From contig JAWOCD010000039.1 in assembly GCA_046483985.1 (NCBI GenBank), forward strand, positions 32,001 through 96,000: a stretch of DNA of 64,000 nt, written 5' to 3'. Below the pieces are notes generated by a model that saw only the letters and a program-made list of their open reading frames with translations, ran no database searches and was not told the DNA's origin. This DNA is from Promethearchaeia archaeon (GTDB taxonomy: Archaea; Asgardarchaeota; Lokiarchaeia; Sigyniarchaeales; SOKP01). A program made the position numbers and the translations under genes. This document shows positions 50,396 to 60,813 of this stretch, one piece after another; position 1 is the stretch's first letter; each line of letters opens with the position of its first letter.

Positions 50396-51577
50396 ATGAA
50401 TCAAAATAAGGACGACAATTTAGGAAAAAAATCTCCCGAACAGAGTAAGAAAGATGTGGTGGGAGAGAAAGTGGAAGAGAAGTGGGAGTTCTGCCCGAAT
50501 TGTGGTGCAAAATTACCTAAAATAGAGAATCTCCGATTCTGTATCAACTGCGGAACGGATCTTCAATATATTAAAAACCATAAAAAAGTTCCAGCAGCAG
50601 GTCCAAAAAATCCCTATAAGAACGCTCAAGAGCATCCACAAACTCAAAAGTATGTCCCCTCCCAACAATATTCACAACCTCAATCTTATATCTATGACTA
50701 TTCTGAACGACAAGAAAAAATTGAGGAAGAAAATATTGAGACGACAGATAAGAAATTATGGGGGATCAGCGCGTCTATCGGAATCCCGCTCTTAGCATTT
50801 ATTGTTATGAATCTTGCGGTCGTGGGGGTTATGGTAATTGTTACACTCTTTATATATGATTTGGAAGTATTATATAATCTATTAACCAGCCCTATTTTTA
50901 TTATCTGCACGAGTATCGTGGAACTTATTCTCATTATTTTCCCGCTCTATTATGCTGGGAATTATTTAAAGAATCCAACATTGACCAATCGGTTCAGATT
51001 GTTAGGACTCTCCACAAAGAGGTTGGCTAATATTGGAATTGTAAAAGAGTTGGCGATTGGATTATTTTTTGCAGTAGTAGGAATCTTTTTAGTTGGATTT
51101 GTCTCACTCGCCACTGAATATCTCTTAGAGATCTTTTTTGATATTCAAATTGTTGCTGCGGAGGAGGTTCCAACAAATGATATTGATCTCGTCATATCCT
51201 CTGCGGATCTTTTTACAATTATTCTGTTAGCTGTAATAATGATTGGAGTTGTGGGACCGTCTGAGGAGATTCTATTTCGTGGTTTTATGCAAAAAGGATT
51301 AGTGAAACAATTAGGAGATAAGGCAGGAGTTCTTATTACAGCCTTTATTTTTGCCCTTATTCATCTTATCACTTTGGTATTTATGCCGATGTCCTCTCCG
51401 TTTACATTTTTTATTCTCTTTATTTTAATGTTTATGCCTTATTTCGCCATTTCGCTTATGCTAGGCTTGATATTTCGGTGGAGAGACCAAAACCTCATCG
51501 CTGTTATAATCTGTCATGGACTCTACAATTCCTTTACCGTTATATTTGCATTTATTTTCTCTGGTCTACTTATTTAA
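50396..51577 (+). CDS. CPBP/Abi (CAAX-type) intramembrane protease with N-terminal zinc ribbon
   Basis: FCPNCG..FCINCG; EEILFRG, FALIH, HGLYN motifs. Confidence 0.9.
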   Translation: MNQNKDDNLGKKSPEQSKKDVVGEKVEEKWEFCPNCGAKLPKIENLRFCINCGTDLQYIKNHKKVPAAGPKNPYKNAQEHPQTQKYVPSQQYSQPQSYIYDYSERQEKIEEENIETTDKKLWGISASIGIPLLAFIVMNLAVVGVMVIVTLFIYDLEVLYNLLTSPIFIICTSIVELILIIFPLYYAGNYLKNPTLTNRFRLLGLSTKRLANIGIVKELAIGLFFAVVGIFLVGFVSLATEYLLEIFFDIQIVAAEEVPTNDIDLVISSADLFTIILLAVIMIGVVGPSEEILFRGFMQKGLVKQLGDKAGVLITAFIFALIHLITLVFMPMSSPFTFFILFILMFMPYFAISLMLGLIFRWRDQNLIAVIICHGLYNSFTVIFAFIFSGLLI

Positions 51578-51594
51578 CAATAGTTGGTGATATT

Positions 51595-52461
51595 ATGACA
51601 CTCTATAAAAAATATAAAAAATTTGCAAAGAAAAAGGGCAAGGCTAAAATGATAGGCATTGGTGCCGGAACAAACCACGAACAAAATGTCAAGCTTTTAA
51701 CAGCCATTAATGAATTTATCAATGAATTTAATTCCAACGTCTCAATTTTTGGTACTCAAGAGGCTTATAATGATCTAACCAACAAAAAGAAGTTATACTC
51801 GAAGAATGAAGAAAAAATCTCCATAATTGCTGATGAAAATCCCGAGAAAAAAATACTTTCTAACGTGAATGAGAAGAAAATCGCTGGGGCAATTCGAGGG
51901 GGACTTCCATCTCACACATTTCTCGAAGTTTTAAAACATCTCTATCAAATGCAGGAAACATATCGTTTAGCATTGTTGGAAACCAATGATGGATACGATT
52001 TCTTCTATGGTCCGGTAGGTATTGATGAATGCGGTACGTTTAAAGAAAAAAAGGATTACATAACTTATTCCTTTGTGGAATTTAATAAAATTGATATTTC
52101 TCCCAATATTAGCGTGTTAAGCGGTGGAAGGAAAATGGATGTGGGGAGAGATCAAACGGTGGATAAGAGTTTACAAACGGCTGAGAATTTGGTAAGTTAT
52201 TTCCAAAAAGAATCTCCTGACTTGGAAATTTATCACGATGAGATATTGATTGAAAAGGCGGTTCAAAGGCAATCAAATTTGATAATTGCTCCTGAGGGAA
52301 TTTCGGGAAATTTAATTTACCGAACCTTGGTGCATTTAGGGGGAGGAAAAGCTTATGGAGCAATCTATATGGGTCTTGACGATGTTATTATTGACACTTC
52401 CAGAGTGGGTGCGAAATCTGAAATCTACGGAGCATTAGTATTAGCTTTAGCCTTATCTTGA
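51595..52461 (+). CDS. mtxX: MtxX / methanogenesis marker protein 4 family
   Basis: AIRGGL, RLALL, PVGIDE, LSGGR..D.GR, ILIE.A, APEGISGNLIYRTL..LGGG..YGA, DTSR. Start 51595 after GGTGA. Confidence 0.85.
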   Translation: MTLYKKYKKFAKKKGKAKMIGIGAGTNHEQNVKLLTAINEFINEFNSNVSIFGTQEAYNDLTNKKKLYSKNEEKISIIADENPEKKILSNVNEKKIAGAIRGGLPSHTFLEVLKHLYQMQETYRLALLETNDGYDFFYGPVGIDECGTFKEKKDYITYSFVEFNKIDISPNISVLSGGRKMDVGRDQTVDKSLQTAENLVSYFQKESPDLEIYHDEILIEKAVQRQSNLIIAPEGISGNLIYRTLVHLGGGKAYGAIYMGLDDVIIDTSRVGAKSEIYGALVLALALS

Positions 52462-52472
52462 AAAAAATCTTC

Positions 52473-53861
52473 TTAGGAAAGCAAGTTAGAAATCTTTTTA
52501 AGGCGTAAGGTAACATATCGTCCTCCTAATGGGATAATTGAAAAAGAAGACTCATATCCCCCCTCTCTATAGGCATCTATAGTATATAAGTATCCAATAG
52601 AATCGTTAGCTAATTCTATGATGAAAGGTTTTGAAGATGGATTGAGGTTTTTTATATATTCTCGGACTTCATTCCCTAATTCCAAGAAATATTCGCCGGG
52701 AACTGTCCCGATTATTATATCTCCGAGTTGAATTACTTGAATCACAGATTGCACATGGCAATCGATTTTCATCTTATCCACATTGAAAAAAATATTTGTT
52801 TTGAGGATTTTAAGTTTCTTGAGCCATGAGAACAGGTTTAATTTAATTCGAAATATGATTTTATTCAATACCGACTGAAGATCAGAACCATAGGGATAAT
52901 CTTTTATTGGTATTTTAATCTCATTTTTGATTACTTGTATTTGGTCAGTTGCTTTACATTTAATTTTATCTATAACTTTTACTGCTTGCGTTGCAATAAT
53001 TTCTCCAGCTTGTTTTGCATCTTTCCATGTCCCTCTTTGTTGATAAATGTCTGCATCACTTACTCCCTTTTCGCCCTTTTCTTCCATTTTTTCCTTCAGT
53101 TCTGAACTAAGTGGATTAATATCTCCGCAAGGACCGTTAAAATAAAGAAAATGGGTGTTTTCATTCCCAACTTTCGATCTCAACTTTTTGATTAAATAAC
53201 CTACATAATCTGCAGTGATTAAAGTGTTTTCTCTTGGCAACATTGTCCCATGACATGCATAATTTAAAATGAGTCCTAATAGGTCGCCATCCGCACCTGG
53301 TTCAGCACTAGTTACCTTAATAACCGTTAAAGGATATTCAGCCTTATTATTGTTGAAAGGAGCTCGCCGATTAATTATAATCCTTTCTGATTTGGGCATT
53401 TTCGTTTGGATTGCCCCGATTTTTGCTTGCTTTTTGTTTTTATAAGCTTCTACAGCAATTCTTAATAGTTTTTTGCCCAGAATAATAAGACCCCTACTAT
53501 CGGGGTTTGGAAATAGAAACCCTTTTACCAAAGCCAAATTCCCGCCTGGTCTGAATAATCCACGGTAGTCCGGTCCATGATGCGTATGGGTAGCTGAAAT
53601 CATAACGTTGCCCTTGTTAATTGGTAAATAGTTTGAAATTTTTTTAGTGACAAGTTCATATAATTTTCCGTTAATGGAAAGAAGATCGCAGATAATTAAT
53701 AAGCAGTGCGTTTCAATATCAGCGGACCCTTCAATATAAACTGCACGAGCAAAAAGATCGTTATGAACCCCAGAGCATAATTCTCTTGGAGCATATCCTC
53801 CCAATTGGATTCCCTCTGGCGACTCTGGCGTAATAATAATCTCTGAAAAACCAACCTTCAT
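52473..53861 (-). CDS. Neutral/alkaline ceramidase-like hydrolase
   Basis: ITP, L.ARA, SATHTHHGP, NYACHGT, GPCGDINP, PGEYF, LANDSIGY, GGYE. Confidence 0.82.
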   Translation of the reverse strand: MKVGFSEIIITPESPEGIQLGGYAPRELCSGVHNDLFARAVYIEGSADIETHCLLIICDLLSINGKLYELVTKKISNYLPINKGNVMISATHTHHGPDYRGLFRPGGNLALVKGFLFPNPDSRGLIILGKKLLRIAVEAYKNKKQAKIGAIQTKMPKSERIIINRRAPFNNNKAEYPLTVIKVTSAEPGADGDLLGLILNYACHGTMLPRENTLITADYVGYLIKKLRSKVGNENTHFLYFNGPCGDINPLSSELKEKMEEKGEKGVSDADIYQQRGTWKDAKQAGEIIATQAVKVIDKIKCKATDQIQVIKNEIKIPIKDYPYGSDLQSVLNKIIFRIKLNLFSWLKKLKILKTNIFFNVDKMKIDCHVQSVIQVIQLGDIIIGTVPGEYFLELGNEVREYIKNLNPSSKPFIIELANDSIGYLYTIDAYREGGYESSFSIIPLGGRYVTLRLKKISNLLS

Positions 53862-53931
53862 ATGTAATAAGATATAATCCTAACAATAATTTAAAATATA
53901 AATTCTGAAAAAGATATTATAAATAATAATA

Positions 53932-54666
53932 ATGTATGAATTAGATAATGAGAAAGATGTCCCTATATATAATCCTTGGGACCCTCATAACTGGAGTACG
54001 GCATGTCAGTTTAATCTAACTTTTTCCGTTATTCTCTTCTTAGATTTAGGTATTGGCCGTGCTTTTGGTTTTCATTCAACCAATGGAGGCTATCTTTGGA
54101 ATATATTCTCTGGATATGAACTTACTAATTATCTTTTCCCTCTCGTGACGTATTGTACCATATTGGCTTTATCGCCTGTGCTCAACACGGATATCGATGA
54201 TTCTCCTTTTTTTGGGGCTATATTAGTGAAAATCCTTCTGTTTTTGGGTTCCGCTCAATTTACGCTTATTGGGATTATCGCCGAATTCATCTTGGATTTG
54301 GGATACTCGGTTTTAATAGTCACCGTTTTGATCTTTAATATACTATTTGCTATGGAGCAACCAAGTCACCATAGTCTTCTCATGGTTCTGGGTATTGCCT
54401 TATTTGTTATTCAACTGGTTTTAGATGTGGCCATTTCTGGTTGGTGCATAGGATATGTTTGGATTATATTGATTCTCGGAGGACTTGCGTTAGCAATCTT
54501 TCTTATCCGTCAAAAGAAGACGTTAATCGGATCTGTGCTTTCCATTACCTTGTTAGTTTTAAATAATTATATTTTACCAATGGGTATTAACAGCCTCGGA
54601 GTGGGCTCATTGATAATCTTAGCTAGTGCCATATTGCTGCTTATCAGCAATATTCTGGGGGTTTAG
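53932..54666 (+). CDS. Hypothetical multi-pass membrane protein
   Basis: 244 aa, mostly hydrophobic helices. Confidence 0.65.
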   Translation: MYELDNEKDVPIYNPWDPHNWSTACQFNLTFSVILFLDLGIGRAFGFHSTNGGYLWNIFSGYELTNYLFPLVTYCTILALSPVLNTDIDDSPFFGAILVKILLFLGSAQFTLIGIIAEFILDLGYSVLIVTVLIFNILFAMEQPSHHSLLMVLGIALFVIQLVLDVAISGWCIGYVWIILILGGLALAIFLIRQKKTLIGSVLSITLLVLNNYILPMGINSLGVGSLIILASAILLLISNILGV

Positions 54667-54721
54667 CGCTAATTTCGGCTGAAGAAGTTAAATATATATT
54701 CCAATCTCTTCCCTCGAGACA

Positions 54722-54868
54722 TCAAAGTTTAATGGTAACTTTTATTCCTCTGATTTCTTGGACTTTTTCAGTTAATTTTCGTCTCAACATTTCTCAGATT
54801 TGCTTGTATTTCGGGTTTTTCGCTAAATTCCCTTGCTCATGCGGGTTCGAGAAGTGGGGTTCAATTAA
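54722..54868 (-). pseudogene. 3'-end stub resembling a sulfatase C-terminus
   Basis: NPHEQGNLAKNPKYKQI*EMLRRKL resembles the DP.E..NLA..P.Y.....L...L sulfatase tail; internal TGA. Confidence 0.5.
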
Positions 54869-54950
54869 ATATCTTTGAAGCTTAATTAAACATTTTAAGA
54901 CTAAAAGATATATATTTTATTATTAATATTACATTTTTTTGAAATATAAA

Positions 54951-56348
54951 ATGGCATATCAGAGCCCAAGAATATATAATTTATTTCCACGTTTGATTGG
55001 CTCCATTAATCATTGGTATGACCATATAGAACGTATTATAAATATGGATTTTAATTGGATATATACAAATCCTTTAAACTTTCCGGGATTTTCTGGTTCT
55101 CTATATTCTACCAAAGATCCTTTCAAATTCAATCCCCTCTTTACCCCTTCTGAAAAAGCCGCAGAACCTTATTCATGGGAACCACTAATAAGTTTTATTG
55201 AGGAGTGCCATAACCAAGACTTGAAATTCATGATGGGATTGATTATTAACCACATGGCAATAGATAGTTATCTTTTAACAGAACATAAAAGGTGGTTTAA
55301 AAAGAAATGGGCTCTTCTTGAGAAATCGACACGTTTGCCGGTTAAGTTTTATGAAGGAGAAGAGATGCCTGATGTAGAATACGCTAAGGATGAATATATT
55401 TTAGAATATCGCCTTGCCAACCCTTATGCAATTGACCCCGATGATGCGAGGAAGATAACCATTTACGGAGACCTTGCGGAACTAGACTACAAGGATCCCG
55501 AGGTTTATGATGAGATAATTGATTATTGGAAAGAGTATTTTGATTTTGTCTTAGAGTTGGGAATTGATGGATTTCGATGTGAATCTGCTTACCAAGTTCC
55601 CCACAACGCATGGGAGGACCTGATTTCCTACGTTAAATCTAAAGACCCAAATATCTTATTTTTCGCCGATACACTGGGTTGCTCCCTTGAACAATGCCGA
55701 GATATTTCTAATGCAGGGTTCGATTACATTCATAGCAGTAGCAAATGGTGGGATTTTCAAGAATCTTGGCTTATTGACCAGTATAATGAATTTCGAAAAC
55801 ATGCCCCTTCCGTTAGTTTTCCCGAATCCCACGATACGGGACGAGTCGCCAAGGAAACCAATGGAAATAAAGATATTCAGATTTTCCGATATTTGTTTGC
55901 CGCATTCTTTTCTGCTGGTGTCTTGATGCCCCTTGGCTATGAATACGGGTTTAAAATTCCTATCGATGTAGTCGAAATGAAGCCTGGGGATTGGGAAAAA
56001 AAAACATTCGATATCTCAGATGAAATAAGGCAAATAAATGAATTTAAACAAAACTATCGATGTCTAAATGAAGATGGAAAGATCATCCATTATCCTTATG
56101 AAGATCGGAATATCTTGGTGATAAGAAAGAGCAGTAGGGATAACCGAGAGCATTTTCTTTTAATATACAATAAAGATTGGTCTAATTCTCATCTAGTCAA
56201 TATTACTGATTTGACTACAAAGCTCGATTTGGGAACCCCTATATATCAAGTTTTTATAGGAGGAGAAAAGCAAAAAATGGAGAAAGCAGCTGTTGAGCAA
56301 AATTTAGCGCCTAGTGAATTTATTCTTCTTTTTCAAGAATCAAATTAG
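54951..56348 (+). CDS. GH13 alpha-amylase-family protein with atypical catalytic residues
   Basis: YNLFPRL, SGSLY, LIINH, GFRCESAY, FADTLG, PESHDT; C-terminal beta domain. Confidence 0.88.
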   Translation: MAYQSPRIYNLFPRLIGSINHWYDHIERIINMDFNWIYTNPLNFPGFSGSLYSTKDPFKFNPLFTPSEKAAEPYSWEPLISFIEECHNQDLKFMMGLIINHMAIDSYLLTEHKRWFKKKWALLEKSTRLPVKFYEGEEMPDVEYAKDEYILEYRLANPYAIDPDDARKITIYGDLAELDYKDPEVYDEIIDYWKEYFDFVLELGIDGFRCESAYQVPHNAWEDLISYVKSKDPNILFFADTLGCSLEQCRDISNAGFDYIHSSSKWWDFQESWLIDQYNEFRKHAPSVSFPESHDTGRVAKETNGNKDIQIFRYLFAAFFSAGVLMPLGYEYGFKIPIDVVEMKPGDWEKKTFDISDEIRQINEFKQNYRCLNEDGKIIHYPYEDRNILVIRKSSRDNREHFLLIYNKDWSNSHLVNITDLTTKLDLGTPIYQVFIGGEKQKMEKAAVEQNLAPSEFILLFQESN

Positions 56349-56357
56349 AAACTTAAA

Positions 56358-57377
56358 TTATTCTTCGCTATTTATAAGGTTATTAATGATTATTTCGCAA
56401 ATATCAGCGGCATATTCTCCCGTTCTCCGGATGCTTTCAACGATATATCCAATTGCAATATAAGATTCAACTTTTATATGACCTGGGTCAATATTAATAT
56501 CCTCGCACAGATTGACCAATTCACTGATTGATTCAATATTTTCGTTGGCGATTGTGATATCGTTTTGCATCCATGCGTCCATGCTATTTGTTAAAGCTTT
56601 CATTGAAATCTCACTTGCTTTGAGTATTTTTTCTAACAAGTTGGAATCTAACTTCTGGTCGATCACTTTTAGCACATTTTCCGCAATCTTTACAGCATGA
56701 TCACCCACTCTCTCCAGAAGCCTACTCATCTGTTGGTAGTGGTGGGCACTTTCTAAGGTTACCCCCATTTTTTGAGAAAGGATGATATCTCTTAGAACAA
56801 TATGAGACTGTCTGCCGATTAACCAATGAAGCCTATCTACTTCGTTATCTCTATTCACGACCTCTTTTGCCAAGTTTTTTTTTCTCTCCTTGAGCGCATT
56901 GATCGCATCCCTATGCATATTTTCTGCTAAAATATACATCCGTTTGATGGTTTTTTCGAACGGCATCTCTTTTGGATTTAAGAGATCCTTCATCATCACA
57001 TAATTGTTTGATTCTTCCAAAATCTCTGGACCGATGGCAATTCTGATGAATTTCCGAATGATGGATCTTACTTTCGGTTCCATTTTCCTGCTAGATTTGA
57101 CAATAATCCTCGAATATCCCATAATATAAGTACCAATTAGCAGACGGAAGACAAAATTTGGGTTTTCATTTCCTTCAATGTTAATCTCTTTGGATTTTAA
57201 AACTGCCTTATCTTCAAATTTTGGTGTGATCAAAAGATTTCCATCTGGTTGGGCGATGATTCCTAAGGTGTCGTTTTTTTCTATCCCCGACTTTACGACC
57301 CAGCCTTTAGGGAGGCTTATGATGAAACTGCTCCCTCCCGTCCTTTGCACTTTTCGTGTTTCTATATTGTTATTCAT
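56358..57377 (-). CDS. Phosphate uptake regulator (AbrB DNA-binding domain plus PhoU domains)
   Basis: RKVQRTGGSSFIISLPK.W, DNEVDRL, LERVGDHA, SIRRTGEY; divergent from pstS. Confidence 0.92.
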   Translation of the reverse strand: MNNNIETRKVQRTGGSSFIISLPKGWVVKSGIEKNDTLGIIAQPDGNLLITPKFEDKAVLKSKEINIEGNENPNFVFRLLIGTYIMGYSRIIVKSSRKMEPKVRSIIRKFIRIAIGPEILEESNNYVMMKDLLNPKEMPFEKTIKRMYILAENMHRDAINALKERKKNLAKEVVNRDNEVDRLHWLIGRQSHIVLRDIILSQKMGVTLESAHHYQQMSRLLERVGDHAVKIAENVLKVIDQKLDSNLLEKILKASEISMKALTNSMDAWMQNDITIANENIESISELVNLCEDINIDPGHIKVESYIAIGYIVESIRRTGEYAADICEIIINNLINSEE

Positions 57378-57414
57378 TGATAAAATAAATTATTAATATA
57401 TATTTTAATATTTT

Positions 57415-57625
57415 CTTTATAGATTATATAGTCTAATATAGATTGATATATATAATGAAAAAAACACCCTTTTAGGTTCTTTTTTTCAATTAAAAAACCT
57501 TCTCAGAAGTGTCGAGAAGTTTGTTTTCTTGGTATATATAGGACATTATCCATTAATATAGAATTTAAAGATGGATTCTCTGATATGGTTTTCTATATAG
57601 AATATATGTTGATATTTATACTCTA
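57415..57625. promoter_or_regulatory. Divergent pst/regulator promoter with phased (A)TATAG repeats
   Basis: TATAG at 57418, 57427 and 57437 and TATAT at 57447 (9-10 bp spacing); more TATAG copies near 57537, 57556 and 57596. Confidence 0.4.
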
Positions 57626-57708
57626 ACTCTCTATTTATTCTCTATTCGTATTTCTTTTATTAAGGCGGGAAATACCATTAAATAGTAACTTTAATGGTGT
57701 AAAAAAGA

Positions 57709-58605
57709 ATGGAAAAAAAACCGTTAATCATAGTAGTGGTTTTTTTTTATGGACTATTTTTTTTATGGACTATTTTTGGAATTTTGAGTCCGGCGGTTAT
57801 TACTATTAAGGTAAGCGGATCTACTACTGTCTTGCCGATCGGCAGTTCATGCGCAGAAGACTTTATGGAAAACAACCCGAACTATGATATTCAAGTTAGT
57901 GGAGGCGGATCTTCTGTTGGAGTGGCAAATGCGGGAGAAGGCACAATAGATATTGGTATGGCTTCACGAGATGTAAAATCCGGCGAGCTTGAAGACTATC
58001 AGGATTTATATATCTATGGGGTAGCTAAAGACGGGCTCGCAGTTTGTGTAAATGATGGTAATAATATAGACGGGTTGAATTTCACTGTAATCTATCATAT
58101 TTTTAATGGGACCTCTGGATGGACAACTTGGGACGAGATTAATGAGAAATCTGGACTAAGCACCAATTTAACCGGGGATATCGTCGTATTAGGGAGAGAC
58201 AGTAATTCAGGTACTCGGGCATCTTTCGAGGAATTAGTGAATATAGACGATAATCCGCTTGAAGATGAAGAGCTTGCCTATGATCAAGAACTAGGATCAA
58301 ATGGGGAAGTCGGCGATAAACTTAGTACTACATCGGGGGCAATCGGATACTTGGGTCTAGGGTATATAGATAAAGATGGTATTAAGGCGCTTCCAGTCAA
58401 TGGAGTCGACCTGGAAAAATCAACAGTACAAGAGGGGTCTTATAAATTATCCCGTACCTTATTTATGATGACTAAAGGTAAACCCGATGACGCAGAGCAA
58501 GCTTTTCTCGATTTTGTCCTAAGTGATGCTGGCCAAGCAATCGTAGAAGAAGAAGGATACATTGCGTTGGGCAATGATTATGAAAATCCGCATATCAAAC
58601 CCTAA
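57709..58605 (+). CDS. pstS: Phosphate ABC transporter substrate-binding protein
   Basis: GSTTVLP, GGGSSVG, DIGMASR, RDSNSGTR, GAIGY. Confidence 0.94.
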   Translation: MEKKPLIIVVVFFYGLFFLWTIFGILSPAVITIKVSGSTTVLPIGSSCAEDFMENNPNYDIQVSGGGSSVGVANAGEGTIDIGMASRDVKSGELEDYQDLYIYGVAKDGLAVCVNDGNNIDGLNFTVIYHIFNGTSGWTTWDEINEKSGLSTNLTGDIVVLGRDSNSGTRASFEELVNIDDNPLEDEELAYDQELGSNGEVGDKLSTTSGAIGYLGLGYIDKDGIKALPVNGVDLEKSTVQEGSYKLSRTLFMMTKGKPDDAEQAFLDFVLSDAGQAIVEEEGYIALGNDYENPHIKP

Positions 58606-58831
58606 AAAGATTTGATTACTAACAATAATCAGATTCAAGAATCTCTGAAATAACTTCTCTTTTTTTTATTTTACAATAAAACTAACTATCTCCTATTCCT
58701 TAGATTGTTATCAACTGCTTAATAATTATATGGAATATATATCACTATATATTCTATGAAGAGATGGAATATAAAAATCCCTATGTTTTCTTCATTTAGA
58801 AAAAAAGTAAAATACAAAAATTGAATATATA

Positions 58832-60808
58832 ATGGAATCATCTATGGAAGAACTAATCGAATTAGATGAAGATTCTTTGAAGATTGAAGGGCAGAACGAG
58901 AATCTTAAAGAATCGGTCATTACGAAATTACTACTAATTAGCGCTGTCTTTGCTACTATAATTGTATTTTTGATAATTCTGTTTCTCTTTTTCCAAGCCG
59001 GGGATTTTTTCCAGAGTATCTCATTGGTTAAATTTTTATTTACAAATAATTGGCGACCTACGTATGACCCTCCTGGCTATGGGGCATTCGCCATCATCCT
59101 CGGCTCTTTTTTAGTTACCTTTGGAGCAATTGTGATTGCAATTCCCCTTGGAATTTTTTGCGCAATCTTTATTTCCGAAATAGCGCCTCCAAGGATTGGA
59201 AAAATCATGAAGGCAGTAGTCGAAATTCTTTCGGGTATACCGTCCGTCGTATTTGGATTCTTCGGGCTTATTGTTCTTGATCCGTGGATTCAATCCATTT
59301 TCAACGTTCCTACGGGAGCAACGTGGTTGGCGGGGTCGATCATATTAGCAGTTATGGCTTTACCCACAATAGTAAGCGTTTCTGAGGATGCAATTAGTTC
59401 AGTTCCAAAAGAATACAAAGAGGGCTCTTTAGCCTTAGGCTCAACTAAATGGCAAATGATTTGGAACGTGCTATTACCCGCGGCATTATCTGGTATTACC
59501 GCTGCAATTATTTTAGGAATCGGGCGGGCAATTGGAGAGACTATGGCCGTTATGATGGTGACCGGAAATGTAGCAAGAATCCCCAACCCCTTATTTAATG
59601 TATTCTCTCCAATCCGAACAATAACTGGAACAATTGCCATCGAAATGGGAGAAGCGCCAGCGGGGAGTACACATCAATTATCGCTTTATGCTTTGGCAAT
59701 TGTTTTATTTATAATCGTTTTGGTTATTAATACAATTGCAAATATCATTAAAAATAGGATAAGCGCGAGATTCAAAGCAGATAAGGAGGAGAGAAAGACC
59801 GTCCCCGAGACACTCAAAAGGTATAAAAAGCCAATTTTCTACTTGACGATCTTGGTGCTTCTAAATATCCTTTTCATTAATTGGTTTGGAATCTTAATGG
59901 ATTTTATTCTCATGGCAGTTCTTTTAAGTTCGTTCTATCTTATTCGGAAACTTTCTGCCCGTAATCAACAATTCCTTGCTTATGGTGTGATAGTTCTTTC
60001 TACTATTATTGTGCTGACAGCCTTAGGGATAATCTTATATGATATCATATCCAAGGGCCTACCTGCATTATCCATAGAATTTCTTACCGAATCACCCAGG
60101 GACTTGGGAAGGGAGGGCGGCATATTTCCCGCGATAGTGGGAACATTATTTTTGGTCATGGGAACTGTTCTTTTTGCAGTTCCGATTGGGATTGCCGCGG
60201 GTATATATCTCGCAGAATATGCAAAAGATAATAGATTCATCAGACTTATTAGATTAGGAATAGATAATTTAAATGGCACACCTTCCATAGTTTTTGGGCT
60301 ATTCGGATACACGGTTTTTGTCTTATTGTGGTCTCAATTTGGGATTGTTGATGGAAGAACGATGTTAGCTGGCCAATTAACTATGGCATTGATGATTTTA
60401 CCCACAATCATTAGAACTACCGAAGAAGCCTTGATAAGCGTTCCCCAATCGGTAAGAGATGGGAGTCTCGCTTTAGGGTCCTCTAAATGGCAGAGTATTA
60501 GCAGAGTAGCCCTTCCAGCTGCTATTCCGGGAGTTATCACGGGAATTATTTTAGGAATGGGACGGTCAGCCGGGGAGACCGCACCTATTCTATTTACAGC
60601 AACGACCTTTCAACAGCGATTTTTACCGAGAACTCCACTTTCACCCGTAATGGCGTTGCCTTATCATCTATTTGTCTTATCGACGGGAGTTCCTCATGCA
60701 GACCAAACTGCAGCGGGTACTGCTTTAGTGTTGCTCATCTTAGTGGTTTTATTATATTCAGTCGCAATATATATTCGCAATTATTATCAAAAGAAAATTC
60801 AATGGTGA
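58832..60808 (+). CDS. pstC: Fused PstC-PstA phosphate ABC permease
   Basis: N-half [25 protein letters not shown] (PstC); C-half [26 protein letters not shown] (PstA); one 658-aa ORF. Confidence 0.92.
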   Translation: MESSMEELIELDEDSLKIEGQNENLKESVITKLLLISAVFATIIVFLIILFLFFQAGDFFQSISLVKFLFTNNWRPTYDPPGYGAFAIILGSFLVTFGAIVIAIPLGIFCAIFISEIAPPRIGKIMKAVVEILSGIPSVVFGFFGLIVLDPWIQSIFNVPTGATWLAGSIILAVMALPTIVSVSEDAISSVPKEYKEGSLALGSTKWQMIWNVLLPAALSGITAAIILGIGRAIGETMAVMMVTGNVARIPNPLFNVFSPIRTITGTIAIEMGEAPAGSTHQLSLYALAIVLFIIVLVINTIANIIKNRISARFKADKEERKTVPETLKRYKKPIFYLTILVLLNILFINWFGILMDFILMAVLLSSFYLIRKLSARNQQFLAYGVIVLSTIIVLTALGIILYDIISKGLPALSIEFLTESPRDLGREGGIFPAIVGTLFLVMGTVLFAVPIGIAAGIYLAEYAKDNRFIRLIRLGIDNLNGTPSIVFGLFGYTVFVLLWSQFGIVDGRTMLAGQLTMALMILPTIIRTTEEALISVPQSVRDGSLALGSSKWQSISRVALPAAIPGVITGIILGMGRSAGETAPILFTATTFQQRFLPRTPLSPVMALPYHLFVLSTGVPHADQTAAGTALVLLILVVLLYSVAIYIRNYYQKKIQW

Positions 60809-60813
60809 ATATT

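Noticed and set aside
54835-54864. CTCATGC...GGGGTTCAA resembling an IS605 right end
   Set aside because: Lacks the CCTTTAGG hairpin, and most of it is explained by the opposite-strand gene stub
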